A stretch of DNA of 64,000 bases from positions 33,852,001-33,916,000 of the forward strand of contig NC_042999.1 in NCBI RefSeq assembly GCF_006345805.1. Direction: 5' to 3'. Made by a program: the position numbers and the translations under genes. Shown here piece by piece: positions 37,620-50,469 of the stretch. The notes under the pieces are model-generated. The model ran no database searches. It saw nothing but the letters and a program-made list of their open reading frames with translations, and was not told the origin of the DNA. Source of the DNA: Octopus sinensis (taxonomy: Eukaryota). How positions within the stretch are numbered: the stretch's first letter is position 1; each line of letters begins with the position of its first letter.

Positions 37620-37970
37620 GGATCATCAACACAAATGAGACTGAACAAGGAAACATTCTTCATTGAAAAGTACAAACCCAGACTCAACCATCCGAACATA
37701 CTGACACAGAGAAATTAACAAGGAAAAGGGAAAAAAATTTTTTAAGCGATTATCTCCCCTACACCGGAAAAAATCACTCACTACCTCCCCTTATTTAGAA
37801 ATCTCCTGGAAATAAAAACAACGATAATTCCATGCAATATAAACATAACGTCACAAGAAATTTGAAAAGCTACACGCGAAACCGGTAATTTCTTTAAAAA
37901 TTTTAAAATTATGTCATTTTAAGGAAAGGGAAAAAAAATTTTTCCAATATTCTCCAGACATTTTGACACA
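37620..37970 (+). mobile_element. Penelope-like element 3' end with terminal repeat
   Basis: Translation TQMRLNKETFFIEKYKPRLN resembles a GIY-YIG C-terminus. It is followed by an HHR at 37855 and a duplicated aaggaaa(a)gggaaaaaaa (about 37720 and 37921). Confidence 0.6.
37855..37894 (+). ncRNA. Minimal type I hammerhead with compensatory U3-A8 core
   Basis: Reads AAGAAAT TTGAAAA GC-TACAC-GC GAAA CCGG TA ATTTCTT. Stem I is a perfect 7 bp, stem II is 2 bp, stem III is the palindrome ACCGGT and the triplet is GUA. Confidence 0.7.
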
Positions 37971-38070
37971 AATATATATATTTTTTAACATTTAAGCCTT
38001 CTGTCGTTTTTTCACACTTTACTATTTTCTTATATATTCACCCACGTGCTTTACCAAACAAACTTTCTTA

Positions 38071-38105
<35 letters not shown>

Positions 38106-38281
38106 GTTACTATTGTTAATATTATCCTTGGTGAATGTTTTCAAATTGATAATATCAACAGCAGCAACATAAGCGGTTCTAAAGTTTAATACCATTATAT
38201 AGCTATAAGATCTAAGATTAGCACGAAGCATAAGAATGCGGGAAGTATCACCCTGTTTAGAAATAAGAGCTAAATCCACAA

Positions 38282-38607
38282 TCAACCGCCGGTTTTCAAC
38301 CAAAATAACAGAAAATAACAGTAAGTGAGGAAACGGATAAAGAATGAAGACTTTAAAGCATACCCCTACAGATTATGTCATTCAGATGCTCGTACACCAT
38401 GGTTTCGCGTTATGGCCCAATGCGCCTCAGACCTCTTGAATATGAGTTACTGGGAAGAAATTCTAAATCCACCCATTGAGCCAGAACCATAGTATATGAA
38501 CATTTGAATGGCATAATCTGTAGAGGTATGCTTTTTAATCTCTTAATTCTTTATCTGTTTCCCCGTTTACTGTTATTTTCTGTTATTTTGGTGCCATCCG
38601 GCGGTTG
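38282..38607. repeat. Diverged ~125-bp inverted repeat
   Basis: 38282-38405 against 38485-38607, about 80% identical by eye (aaataacagaaaataacagtaa / ttactgttattttctgttatttt). Confidence 0.8.
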
Positions 38608-38639
38608 TTCCTAGGAAGAACATGGAAGATTACAACATC

Positions 38640-39195
38640 ATTTACCAAAACATAGCCTTCCTTAAGAAGGACTTGTGAATGACAAAGGCACTGGAAGCAC
38701 ATAAGATTATTAAAAGCAAGAGAAAATGCGTGTATATCTATATACAAGCGTGTATATATACAACTTCCAAATTACACACCAATGCTACAAACCCACAAGT
38801 CAAAAGTTGCAGGCGCTCTAACTGCGTAACTTGCACCTTCCTCTTAGAGGGCGAAACATGCAAATTTAAGTCAGATGAAACTTTTACCTTAAAAATCTCT
38901 TCACCTGTGCTTCGAAGAACTTAATCTATATTCACAAATGTGGAGTGTGTGGTGGAGACTACATAGGTCAAACTAGTTTAACCTTGAGGCAAATACTAAC
39001 GGTGCACCGGCAACAAATCCGGGACCGCACGACCAGAAAAATCCTCGTAAGCAAACACCTAGACCACTGCCCCGTAAGCATAAATCCGAAATAACACATC
39101 TTCCCTCTCTATCAATGCACCGGAAACACTTCAACCCATTCCGTATAAGGAAAGCATACTCATTAAAAAGTATAAACCACAGCTAAATATTCTTT
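38640..39195 (+). mobile_element. Penelope-like element GIY-YIG endonuclease fragment
   Basis: Translation KSCRRSNCVTC, NLIYIHKCGVCGGDYIGQTSLTLRQILTVHRQQI and HLDHC. Confidence 0.85.
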
Positions 39196-39864
39196 AGAAA
39201 GAAGAAAATATACTTAAGATAAGAAGGGAAAATACTCAATTTCTCCACAAAAAAATCAGTAGATACAACCGACAAAAAAAGCCCACTTTAGTAACAGTCT
39301 TCCAACCAGGTTTCGAAACCACAACTCAAATTCCCCATACAAGCACCAGTTATCCAAGTCACCTGGGTCTAGACCAATGGAATATTACGAAGAACGGTTG
39401 CTATCGTCATCTAACTCTAGACCAATGAAATTTTACCTCTGCTCATACCCGAACTTGAGCAACTACAACAAAATGACCCTTTAAGAGAATCAGCCAACTG
39501 GAACGGCTGATGACCATTCCCTACAGGGAAGCCAACAAGGCAGAACGACAAACCTGACCACCAGAAAAACAAGACGTCAGCAGTACTTTAGTGAATCAAA
39601 TATCAGATCCGTTCGTCGAAAAATTATAACTACACCGGATTCCAAAAACACCGTTACAAGTGAAAGTTCCTGCCCACGACTGAAAGAGAATCACAGAAAC
39701 TGTAAACCAAATCCTTTTTTTTTTACTAACTTCATTTCTCCCTTGTTTTTCTCTCTCTTAACTATGATGGTATTCATTTCCTATCGACTACTACTAACGC
39801 TATTGAATTCTGTACATTTAAAAAAGTTGATCAACAATTTTTTTATATTATTGACAGTTATGAA

Positions 39865-40000
39865 TATTTAAACTTGTCAACATTGAAACTTTCCAATATG
39901 TTTTTCCAATTCATAATTCTAAATTTGTCTGCTAGATATAAACTTGTCAACATTGAAACTTTTAAACATGGTTTTTTAATTCATAATTCAAACGTTTTAC
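39865..40000 (+). repeat. Two-unit ~70-bp tandem repeat
   Basis: taaacttgtcaacattgaaacttt...aattcataattc occurs twice. Confidence 0.8.
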
Positions 40001-40099
40001 CAATGATAAAGAAAAAAATATTGTTGAAACTAGTTCGGTATATATCTAAATAAATTTATTTTAACACAATTACAAGTTTTTCAAATGTAGGTGCATTTT

Positions 40100-41640
40100 C
40101 AACAGCAGATTTGCCCATATTTTTCGTGTGTGGAAATACACCCCTCTTTTTTTACATGTATAGTCTGATACGATATTTCGGAATAAAATTACTTCTTCAC
40201 ATATCCCTAGGAATTGATGGGGTCGCTGCTATAATCGGTTTTCCAACGATTTGTCTTTGTTTTGTGGGAAGCGTTTCAGCAGTAGTCTCACGAAGCTCCT
40301 TTCGGAATTCCTCAAGAGAAGTGCGTGAGTTCGGCCATATCTCAATCTCGTGTGTGCTGGTACATTCTTAGCATTGCTTCCAAGTTATGTGCTATACGTG
40401 CAGCTTCCATTTTCCTCTTCCTCTTTTTCGTCTTTTTTTGTGATAAACAATAAATGAACATGTTATCAAAAATGAACAAACACGTATTCAGATGCAGCTA
40501 AATAATATATTGATTACCAATCTCCAACCTGTTGTAAATTTGGGAACCTAGTCTCTGTATGTGTATAGCTTCCTTAATTTTTAAATTACCCAAATTTCTT
40601 TCATTGGCCTGAGTTGTGACTGTTATGCTTTGTGGCGTTCCGGCATCTGTCTAGATGATTTCTGAAGGAGGTGACTCTCGTGTTCAAATGTTCTTTGATG
40701 CGGACATGAAACGGTCTTGTTGCGCTACCCATATAGAACTTGTTGCATTTGTTACATTGTATTCTATACTCAACATTTACCCGTTGCAAAAAATCTGTGT
40801 CACGGATGGGACAGTTTGTTAGCGTGCATTGATTGTTGTCCCTTGTTCGTTTCTTTGCGAGGTGTCTTCTCAGAGATGGACCGGAGTGGACTATCTGTAT
40901 GTTTGGCCCTTCTCTTCTTATGGCTTCTCGGATGGCTGTAGTTATCCTCTCGCTAAAATGGAGTATTTTAAAGTAGCATGTGTTGCTGGGTTTTCTATGG
41001 GTTCCGCGTGTTGGCCGATTTACAATGAATCTAAGGTACTCGTTGGTTTTCAACATTTTTAGGAAGCGAATAGTGAGGGTCACCGTGTCCTCTGTCCTGC
41101 TGCACTTGCCCTGGTTTCGCGCAAGTTCACTATCCTATTTTGGCACCGAGTGGAAGTGCTGAATTGTACTAGATAAACATATCTCTACTGCCTGCTTCCT
41201 GTAGAACTCGGTGTGGATCTCGCATTCTTCCGTTATATTCAGTTGCATGTCAAGTACTGATAGTGATCCAGTGAGGTTGGATGTTCTTTAGTGAACTTAA
41301 TGCTCATGCCCATGTTATTGAACGGCGTGAATATTCTGTCAGCCTCTTCACGGGAGGATGTGAGTATGGGTATGTCATCAACGTACCTGGTGAAGAAGTC
41401 GTATGAGCAGCGGATGGTTCATATAAGTGATGGCTAGTGAGCCCGAGAGACTGGATCCCATGGAGAGACCTGTTGTTTCTTTGTATATGTGGTCCTGGAT
41501 AGAGACGCAGGTGTTGTCCACGATGATGGACAAAAATTTGATGTATGCCTGCTGCGGTAAGTCCGAACCATTGGATATCGGACGCTGTTATGAAGTCAGT
41601 CAATAGGTTGCATGCTGAGTGTGCTGGCACCGTTATTTAC
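40100..41640 (-). mobile_element. Penelope-like element (RT C-terminus plus GIY-YIG), decayed
   Basis: YVDD at about 41385 followed by IKFTKEH-like and FYRK motifs. ORF 40601-41083 contains NVEYRIQCNKCNKFYMGSATRPFHVRIKEHLN. Confidence 0.88.
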
Positions 41641-41690
41641 ATTCAGACAACGGCAAGATTAAAACAATAATCAAGACTTATAGCATACTG

Positions 41691-41777
<87 letters not shown>

Positions 41778-42120
41778 TATATATACATATATACATATAT
41801 ATACATGCAATAATCAAGACTTATAGCATACATTCATATATATATATATATATGCATATATATACATATATATATACATATATATACATACAGTGATGGC
41901 CAAAAGTATATACTGACCTACTTCATCAAATACTTAGAAACGAATGCCTGCACACAAACACACACACGCACGCTCTCACGCACACACACACACGAGCACA
42001 CACACACACATACACTCTCATACATATACGTGTGTACGTGAGTAATATATATTTGCAGGTATGAATATATGATAGAAAGCCAGATAAATATAGATACAGA
42101 TATACAGGGTGAGCGAAGCA

Positions 42121-42164
<44 letters not shown>

Positions 42165-44330
42165 GGGTAGATAGGTAGATAATGTGGCAAGTGCTCACAT
42201 CCCAAATATCTATCGGGTACATAGTTATTAATGCATTCGACATTTCTGGATATCCTGCTGATTGGATTTGAAATGTCACATCCATATGATTATGCTTGCG
42301 TCTATGTATGCTTGTGTGCGCATATATATATATGTATATATCAGTAATCGCACACACATATATATGTGTGTGTATATGTATGTATATATGTGATATTCAT
42401 GTACATAAGTAACTGAAATAGTATTTATATTGTTACTTTCCTCACTTAGGCGAATGATATATTGGTTTTTACTTTAACATATCTGTATCGTAATCATATA
42501 TCTCATCGACAAGTTATCATTACTTCATCCACCATTTCATTACATTGCAGATCAATTACTATAGCATCTTTTAACACCTGATACATATATTATTTCAAGA
42601 TACATTAGTGCACGCAAAGTATTTTCTTTCCTGACACCGTTTTGAGAAGTTATTCTTTGTTTTCATTCTTGTAGCTTCTAGAGCATACTCCATGAGCTTA
42701 AAATAAAAATGTGATTCTACTAGCACCTTCTCTCTTTCTTACTTGTGTACTGATCATTTGTCAATACAAAGACTGTTATCCATGACATTGACAAGCGAAG
42801 TTACAATAATTCTGCCTGTAACTCAAATCTTTCGATGAAAATCACAATCCTTTACACCATCTATATACTTAACAATTATGTGATAAAGCTTCATTCACCT
42901 TGATAAAAAATATTTGATGTGCTGCAAAGGACAGTTTACGACAAGGCACAGACAAAATAATATAGCATTCGCATGTTTTCTAGAGAAGATATGCATTATG
43001 ATACTAATACGGGGATAGAATACCAGTACATTTCTAAAGCAACATTTTGTAAATTAATTACCTAAATGATTTTTAAAGAAATTTGTTTTAGTTTGGATAT
43101 ATATGTTTTAATCAAATAGAGTTCGATGTATTTCTCTCCACTTGCAACTTTCTTGTTCAGTTTCCAAAATATACTGAATATTTCATAATCATTAAATCGA
43201 TCAAAATTCCCTTCATACATTTTTCAATCTTACCCTAAGTATATATTATAAAGTCCTTCAATGTTCTCCAATATTGATTTAATTGGAAATTGATTTATTC
43301 ACACATATTTTACTATATATGCTTTAGGGAATGCTTCCAATAATGGGAGTCCAACAAAGTTCTATGTAAAGCTACTGCATTGAAAATATTGAATTTTGCA
43401 CTGAAATATATTGATTTGATGATTTGCGCAATTATCTGTAAGATTCTTCATTGATTCCCAGTTATTCTGCGTCAGAAATAACAATGAAAAATAACATGCA
43501 AAAGAAAATTTTCAAAAAATGCAAAAACACATACAGCTCAACATCAATTTCATATTTTGCCACCTGCTGGGAACTGTGTGACACGCAGATATGCCTATTT
43601 TGATAAACATTCGATACTACTTCCTGTCTAGTACAAACTGATTTATTCGTAGTCTATTGATCACAGTAGAATCTAGTGCATTTCAGTAGACAGATTATTG
43701 ATTGGATCAATAACCCACAGTTATGTACAATGATATTCATTCATTGCAAATTGAAATATTCTTTCGTTTACATCACATGACGATGACAAATTATTAATAG
43801 TCATAAATTAGTGTCAGCAACTGGACAGAAATAACTTTACTGTTTAGTTTGCTAGAAGCAGATATTTCGAGCAGGCGAAAACAACGTCCCACAGACGAAT
43901 GGTGATTCTACAAATAACAGATATTGCGAGTATATAAATAACGAGGGAATATAGGAATTCCATGGATTCTGGGATGATATTTAAGTGTCCTTAGGTAAAA
44001 TACTATGGAGCTACAATTAAATTATCTTGAAATTTGCTGCTGTGATATTGTGAATACTTTAAAATATAAAACTTCGTACGCTAAGTGGTGGGACATACAC
44101 AAATGTCTATATTGACAAATAAATGAAACGAATATTATCAAACACGGTGTACAGCGTAACTTTACTAGCAGTTTGCTGAGGATCTACGAACTAAAAAATA
44201 TGTGGCACTAATAAGACAATATAAGGGAGCTATGAAATAACGCCTAAAACACACACACACACACATATATACTTATATTCACGCATTAGTGTATACACAC
44301 ACACTTAATAACAAACGAAACACACATATA

Positions 44331-44373
<43 letters not shown>

Positions 44374-44444
44374 TTGTGTCTTTTTTTTAACTATGAATAA
44401 AGGAAAGAATGGAGTCGAACGACGATTTTAACAAAATTCCTTTA

Positions 44445-44527
44445 CTCTCGACACATGTTTCGAAGGCTGCATATTCCTAATTCCGAAGGAATAAAGGGTG
44501 CATTATGCCGCCATCTCATCAGGAAAG
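44445..44527 (-). ncRNA. Type I hammerhead ribozyme, canonical core, all three stems present
   Basis: Reads CTTTC CTGATGA GATGGCGGCATA [30 nt] TATGCAGCCTTC GAAA C-ATGT-G TC GAGAG. Predicted cleavage is after 44450 (GUC). Confidence 0.8.
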
Positions 44528-44629
44528 GCAAGGAACTTATCTGTTTTCTGGCGTGAATTTGCTACCCAGGTATCGGTTAACCGAATTATCCATACTAGGA
44601 TAATTCATTCACCTTAAATGTGTATATAT

Positions 44630-44782
44630 TTCCCCGTCACCTAGCGGTTCGGCAAAAAGAGACCGATAGAATAAGTACTGGGCTTACAAAGAATAAGTCC
44701 TGGGGTCGATTTGCTCGACTAAAGGCGGTGCTCCAGCATGGCCGCAGTCAAAATGACTGAAACAAGTAAAAGAGTAAAAGAG
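44630..44782 (+). mobile_element. SINE A 3' half
   Basis: Reads ccccgtcacctagcggttcggc...gaaacaagtaaaagagtaaaagag. Confidence 0.88.
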
Positions 44783-44984
44783 TATATATATATCTATATA
44801 TATATATATATATATATATACATACGTACATATATATATATATGGACACACACACACACATATCTATATATAACGTATTCATATAGCACAGGTGAAAAGA
44901 TAAATGATCATAGATATCAAAATAATATCTTAATTAACCATTAATTTTTTTTACTTTTGTGTATCCTAAGATGTGAAATCCAGT

Positions 44985-45237
44985 CGCTTAATGTTTGCGG
45001 TATTCGGCTCTCGACCATATGGTTGTGAGTTCAATTTCCAGTGATGCGTTGTGTCCGTGAACAAGAGATTTTATTTCGCGTTGTTCCATCCACTCAGCTG
45101 AATTGAAATGCAAGATTTGTCACAACCTGTTTCACGCTAGATCACTCTGAGAACTAGCGTGTCTATTGCGTGGTCAGTCACATGCAGGTTAATCGAATCA
45201 ACTTGAACCCTCGTTGTCGTAACTTACGGAGTGTCAA
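44985..45237 (+). mobile_element. Diverged SINE family C
   Basis: Contains gagttcaatttcc...gtgtccgtgaacaagag...gaaccctcgttgtcgtaacttacggagt. Confidence 0.7.
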
Positions 45238-45322
45238 TATGGAGTATGCTATATTAAATATATATATAGTGAGAAAAAGGCAGGAGGAAATGTATATATA
45301 TGTGTGAAAAAGGAAGGAGGAA

Positions 45323-45374
<52 letters not shown>

Positions 45375-45454
45375 ATGTATGTATGTATGTATGTATGTAT
45401 AACATAAAAGAAAGAAAATGCACACAGTTTACATGAGTGAAAGAGTACTGTGTT

Positions 45455-45487
45455 TGTCGACCGGTTTCGCCTTTGGTACTCATGACA
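45455..45487 (-). ncRNA. Degenerate minimal hammerhead downstream of a PLE fragment
   Basis: Reads tgtc atgagta cc-aaa-ggc GAAA CCGG TC gaca. The core is scrambled; stems I and III are intact. Confidence 0.45.
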
Positions 45488-45739
45488 TTGAAATTATTGT
45501 AATTTCGTATTTTCTTAAGAAGATTTCAGTCCATGTTGTGTATGGGGGATTGTGAATGAAATGAATCATCAGGCAGAAAAATCTAAGGGGAGATAGATGG
45601 TGATCGTTATTATTCGGGATACGGGAGGCAATCACTCAATTTTTGCGGAGGGGATAATTAAACATGCAAAAACTCAAAAGCTAAAACTAGTGAGATGAAA
45701 TATTTACTGTGATGTGTATGTGACCATGAATTAAATTAT

Positions 45740-46230
45740 TTACTGAGAACAAAGTTGGTTGTGGGTTCATGTTAGGATGCGTTCTGCCTTTTCCGGTAAA
45801 TAAATGTTCTTTATTTAAACGTTCTTCTACAAAAATTGTTTCTTTGCACTTGTAGATGGGGAAAACTGTGATGTTTGGTTGGATATTACCTACACATATT
45901 TTTATGTGTTCAATCAACAAAATCTGTTTGTACTACGATAAATGAATCTGTTCCATATGTAGTGTGTTTCCCGTCTGTGTCATACTTGTGTTTCCTATAT
46001 AATTATATCCACAACCTGAACAACTTATAACATAAATCAGATTTTTGGAGGGACATGGGTAGATGGTTTTAATTGTTTCAATAGGAATTCCGAGCCTTCC
46101 TGCTTATAGGAGTATGCCCCACACGTTGGACGTCCCCATTATTTCACCACTGGTTTCGTGGTTGTTGTATAAAGCTTTGCATTTGTCAGAAGTATTTTCA
46201 TAGATTTGTGTGGATTTTTGCATTTGATGG
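45740..46230 (-). mobile_element. Penelope-like GIY-YIG fragment
   Basis: Translation GRPTCG...EGSEFLF...SKNLIYVISCSGCGYNYIGNTS...EERLNKE, related to the fragment at 38640. Confidence 0.75.
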
Positions 46231-46235
46231 GTGTG

Positions 46236-46447
46236 TAGCCCCTTCTGGGCAGTAAAGAAATAGGTATTTCGATTGCCGATACGTTCTGAGTTCAAATTAC
46301 GTCGTGGTCGACTTTGCCTTTCATCCTTTCGGGGTCGATTTAATAAGTACCAGTTATGCACTGGGTTAGATGTAATCGACTTTATTCCTTTGTCTATCCT
46401 TGTTTGTCCCCTCTAAGTTTAGCCCCCTGTGAGCAATAAAGAAATAA
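46236..46447 (+). mobile_element. SINE B tail fused to a headless SINE B unit
   Basis: The junction gtaaagaaataggtatttcg at about 46252-46271 is the same as in the 17.3-18.1 kb array. Confidence 0.88.
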
Positions 46448-46690
46448 ATATATACACGAACAAGTTGCACGAGCCAGTTCAACAATGACACACTGAGGCA
46501 TTCACATAGATACACATACATACAAATAAGAAGCAATGAATGTCTGTGTGCGTGTGTTTGTGTGTCTATGTTTATCTCTATGTGTGTGTGTATGTTTGCT
46601 GTTCATTGACAAAACAGTTTTCAAAATGTTGTTTATTTTTGGATCCTTAGTAAACATAGGTAAATTTTGTACAATAGTTTTCTATATATA

Positions 46691-47095
46691 GGCGCAGGAG
46701 TGGCTGTGTGGTAAGTAGCTTGTCTACCAACCACATGGTTCCGGGTTCAGTCCCACTGCGTGGCACATTGGGCAAGTGTCTTCTACTATAGCCTCGGGCC
46801 GACCAAAGCCTTGTGAGTGGATTTGGTAGACGGAAACTGAAAGAAGCCCGTCGTATATATGTATATATATATGTGTGTGTATGTTTGTGTGTTTGTGTTT
46901 GTCCCCCTAGCATTGCTTGACAACCGATGCTGGTGTGTTTACGTCCCCGTCACTTAGCCGTTCGGCAAAAGATAGAATAAGTACTGGGCTTACAAAGAAT
47001 AAGTCCCGGGGTCGAGTTGCTCGATTAAAGGCGGTGCTCCAGCATGGCCGCAGTCAAATGACCGAAACAAGTAAAAGAGTAAAAAGAGTAAATAA
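46691..47095 (+). mobile_element. SINE family A
   Basis: Full head, internal microsatellite and tail. Confidence 0.92.
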
Positions 47096-47099
47096 TATA

Positions 47100-47760
47100 C
47101 GTCATTGTTTCTAGGTTTGTGCATTGAAAATAATTATGGTAGTGTTTTAGGATGTGGTGAGATGTGTCGTTTTGTTTCCCGTAGTGCTGTAACGCTTCAT
47201 TTCTTGGCACGCTTAAATCCATCTTCTATAAATGAGGGTGAATATTTTGTCTTAGCTAGAGCTGTTCTGAAGGCATGCGATTACCCCTGCTACACATCTA
47301 AGTAGTGAAACCGACTAGTTGTTGAATGCCTCAATCTTCTTCGGTCTGTTTAATTTCGACTTACTGGATCAGTCTCAGTCTGCGAAAGAGCCCCACCTGA
47401 AATGTTTCTGTCATTTCTTACTATATCAATTTATCCATTTCCAATATCCCCAAGTACTTATAGCCCGTCTCGTCTATCTGCTTCATAAACTCTCCAGACG
47501 CTAGCCCGTCAATACATTTTAGTTTACCTCTCTTCAATTTCAGTCCGAAATTCATTATGATATTGGTACTGAAACGGAACTAAATTGGGATTCATTTTAC
47601 CATAAAGTTTGAGGTCATCCATGAATAACAAGTCGTTGAATTTTTGTTAGCGGCTCTTGAATACATACCCAGCCTTTATTTTACTCGGAATCAGTGTTAT
47701 TGGTAACATGCACAACCTTTCCTGATCTCTATTGCCCCTAAACATCTTCCATATGCTGTC
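47100..47760 (-). mobile_element. R4/Dong-like LINE RT fragment
   Basis: Translation LLFMDDLKLYGK, LKRGKL, GYKYLGILE and RRLRLI..SKLN. Confidence 0.78.
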
Positions 47761-47804
47761 AGTTCCATTTTTCATTCCTGCTGCTGTTGTTGTTGTTGTT
47801 GCTA

Positions 47805-48000
47805 ATGCGCCGAGCTGGCAAAATTTTCAGCACGCTGGACAGTATGCATAACGGTATTTCGCCCGTCCCTACAATTCTTAGATCAAATTCCGCCGAGGTC
47901 GACTCGGTGGATAAAATAAGTACCAGTTAAAAACTTGGGTCGATGAAATAGACTCATTCCTACCTGATCCAAGCTACCATCTTTGCAAAAATTTGAAATA
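47805..48000 (+). mobile_element. Diverged SINE B-like copy
   Basis: Contains gcgccgagctggcaaaatt...tcaaattccgccgaggtcgac. Confidence 0.7.
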
Positions 48001-48448
48001 ATATTTATTATTATTATGATTATTATTATTGTTGGTATTATTACACAAACAAGGTGATTAGAGAGTCTTACATTACTTGATAGGAAAAAACATTAAATCC
48101 AGTGTGAAGCCGACAACACGCTGGAAGTCAAAGTCACTTTGTCATTATCGATTACAGAAACCCGTGAACAGACAGATATTCTTAGGAATTTGTTTACTAC
48201 TCATATTTAATTCAATAACTTAACATTTCTTTTTTCCTACAAGCACATGCAATTATCTACGGATTTTTTTCATGAGAAAACACATGCATGTAATTTTTAT
48301 GAATTTTTTTAAAAACGCCTTTACCCTTGCATGTATTTTTAACGCATTTTCCTTAAGAATGTATCGCCCTTGGTTGCTTTCCATGTTACAGTGATTTTTA
48401 TGCAAACACACACACACATACATACATGCATACATGCACACACACACA

Positions 48449-48524
<76 letters not shown>

Positions 48525-50469
48525 ATATATCAGGGTGAACTTTAAAGAACGTTGCCGAATGCATTTTCTCAACTGCAATTAAAAACATTGTTATTCATTT
48601 CATCATACATAAATTTGTGTGTGTATGTGTGCGAGAGGGGGTTTGAGTTGGTGCATCTTTCTAACTATCTATCTATCTATCTATCTCTTTATCTGTCTAT
48701 CAATCTATATATATATATATATATAATATATATATATAATATATATATATATAAACGTGTGCGTGTGTCTATGTGTAAACACACACACACACATATATAA
48801 TTGAAAAAATTTGGAGTCAACAATTTTTTTCAATTATCTATTTACGCACGACAGAAGCCGAAACACAATCCTGGAAATATGTATAATACTACTACTGGAT
48901 AGCATAGGGTGAAATCTGAAGGCGGATCATCTTTATACTGTACTCCACTACGCTCTTCATAGCATATACCATAACACACACACACACACACGCATGCATT
49001 ATTCTCTTTAGGAACGGTGAATCTGTAAGCAAGACAGCTCTAAATAAAGGGACGTAAATATTTGCTCAAAACTTTTATGGTGAAATACTCGAAAACTGCC
49101 CGTGGCAATTGAACCGACATCTCATATAAACGTAACAAACGTTCTACCAGTCCAATAAAAGACACCTACGAATTTAACTGTTTCAAAAACGTTCTTCCTA
49201 CCATCATTTATTATCATCGTCGTATGTATAAAGATGCTTTGGCAACGTGATCTAATCCTTTTTACGCTTGAATTTTAGCTTTCGTTACTTCTAATCAAAT
49301 CAGGTCTTAACCCAATTTTTACACGGCAATTTTTGACAGGTTTACATACGTAGAGGTGATTTCTTGAAAGAATTATTTCACGTTCTCAGAAGAGAGAATT
49401 TGAGAGTAGGAGTAATAGAGACAGAGTGGCAGAGAGAACAGTTGCTAGTTAGTTAATTAGGTATATATTGTGAATGCGTATGGTCATTATCCTTTTTAAC
49501 TAAAACAGTGGAATTCATGCATTTCTAGTGCTTTCACTTACCGTAGTGAGATTCTTCGTCAGCTCATGTACTGAATCAAAATTTAATTTAGCAGAAAAAT
49601 GAAAGCTATTTACTGAACGTACACACATATATTTAAAATGTAGCTTTTCTGAATAATACTTTCAAATGTATGCCTGAAATCTCATACTACAGACGTAGAC
49701 AATGTACCTTGAACTTTTACTGCTTTTAGGCAACTTCTGTGGTAATAAGTCGCACCGGGGCCTCTCATTGCTTATGGTAAAGTCAATACATTTATTTACA
49801 GGTAATATTTTACTATGAATTTGTCTATTAGTCATAAAACTGTATGCATTTGTTCCCTTTGTATTAGTCATTGCTTTTCGTAAACCACAATCCCACGTAT
49901 TGCAAATCCATTTTTCTTTCCATTACTGATTCAGACCAGCTCTCATATTATAAGAATCGTTTACGATGACAGAAAACTAACAAATTCCTCTGTTTCTTGC
50001 TGAAGATTTAGTTTACTCTAAGTTTCCAGGCATTTTCTCTAACGTAAATGGATGACTCGAAATTTGCATTGCACCACATGCAATAACATTTCCAGTAATA
50101 ATATTCAATGCTGGCAGTAAATTCAGAGTAACATCGTACTGGTATGAAACTATAAAGAAGAGTTTAAAAAGTACATAGGTCACGTATCACACGTTTGAAA
50201 TCCTACATTTTCTGCATATGAACCAATTTGAAGCAGTCTTGTTTGTATTCTATAATTTTCCTAAGAATATTTTTGGGACACGTTTTCAGGGCTTTGCCAC
50301 TGCTTTTCGATAATTATCTTCAATGAAGCATTCTCAAATTCACTAGCAGCTACACTTTATATCCTTATTACTCAGCAACACACAGTTCAGTCAAGGTTAT
50401 GTAAAAGTGATGCATCAACAGATACAATAGCAAATCGAAAATTATGCACACTCTTGTTTCTGTAATAAA

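Noticed and set aside
40165-40206. Hammerhead-like remnant 3' of the minus-strand PLE
   Set aside because: The position is as expected, but the core (GTGAAGA) and stems I, II and III are all defective.
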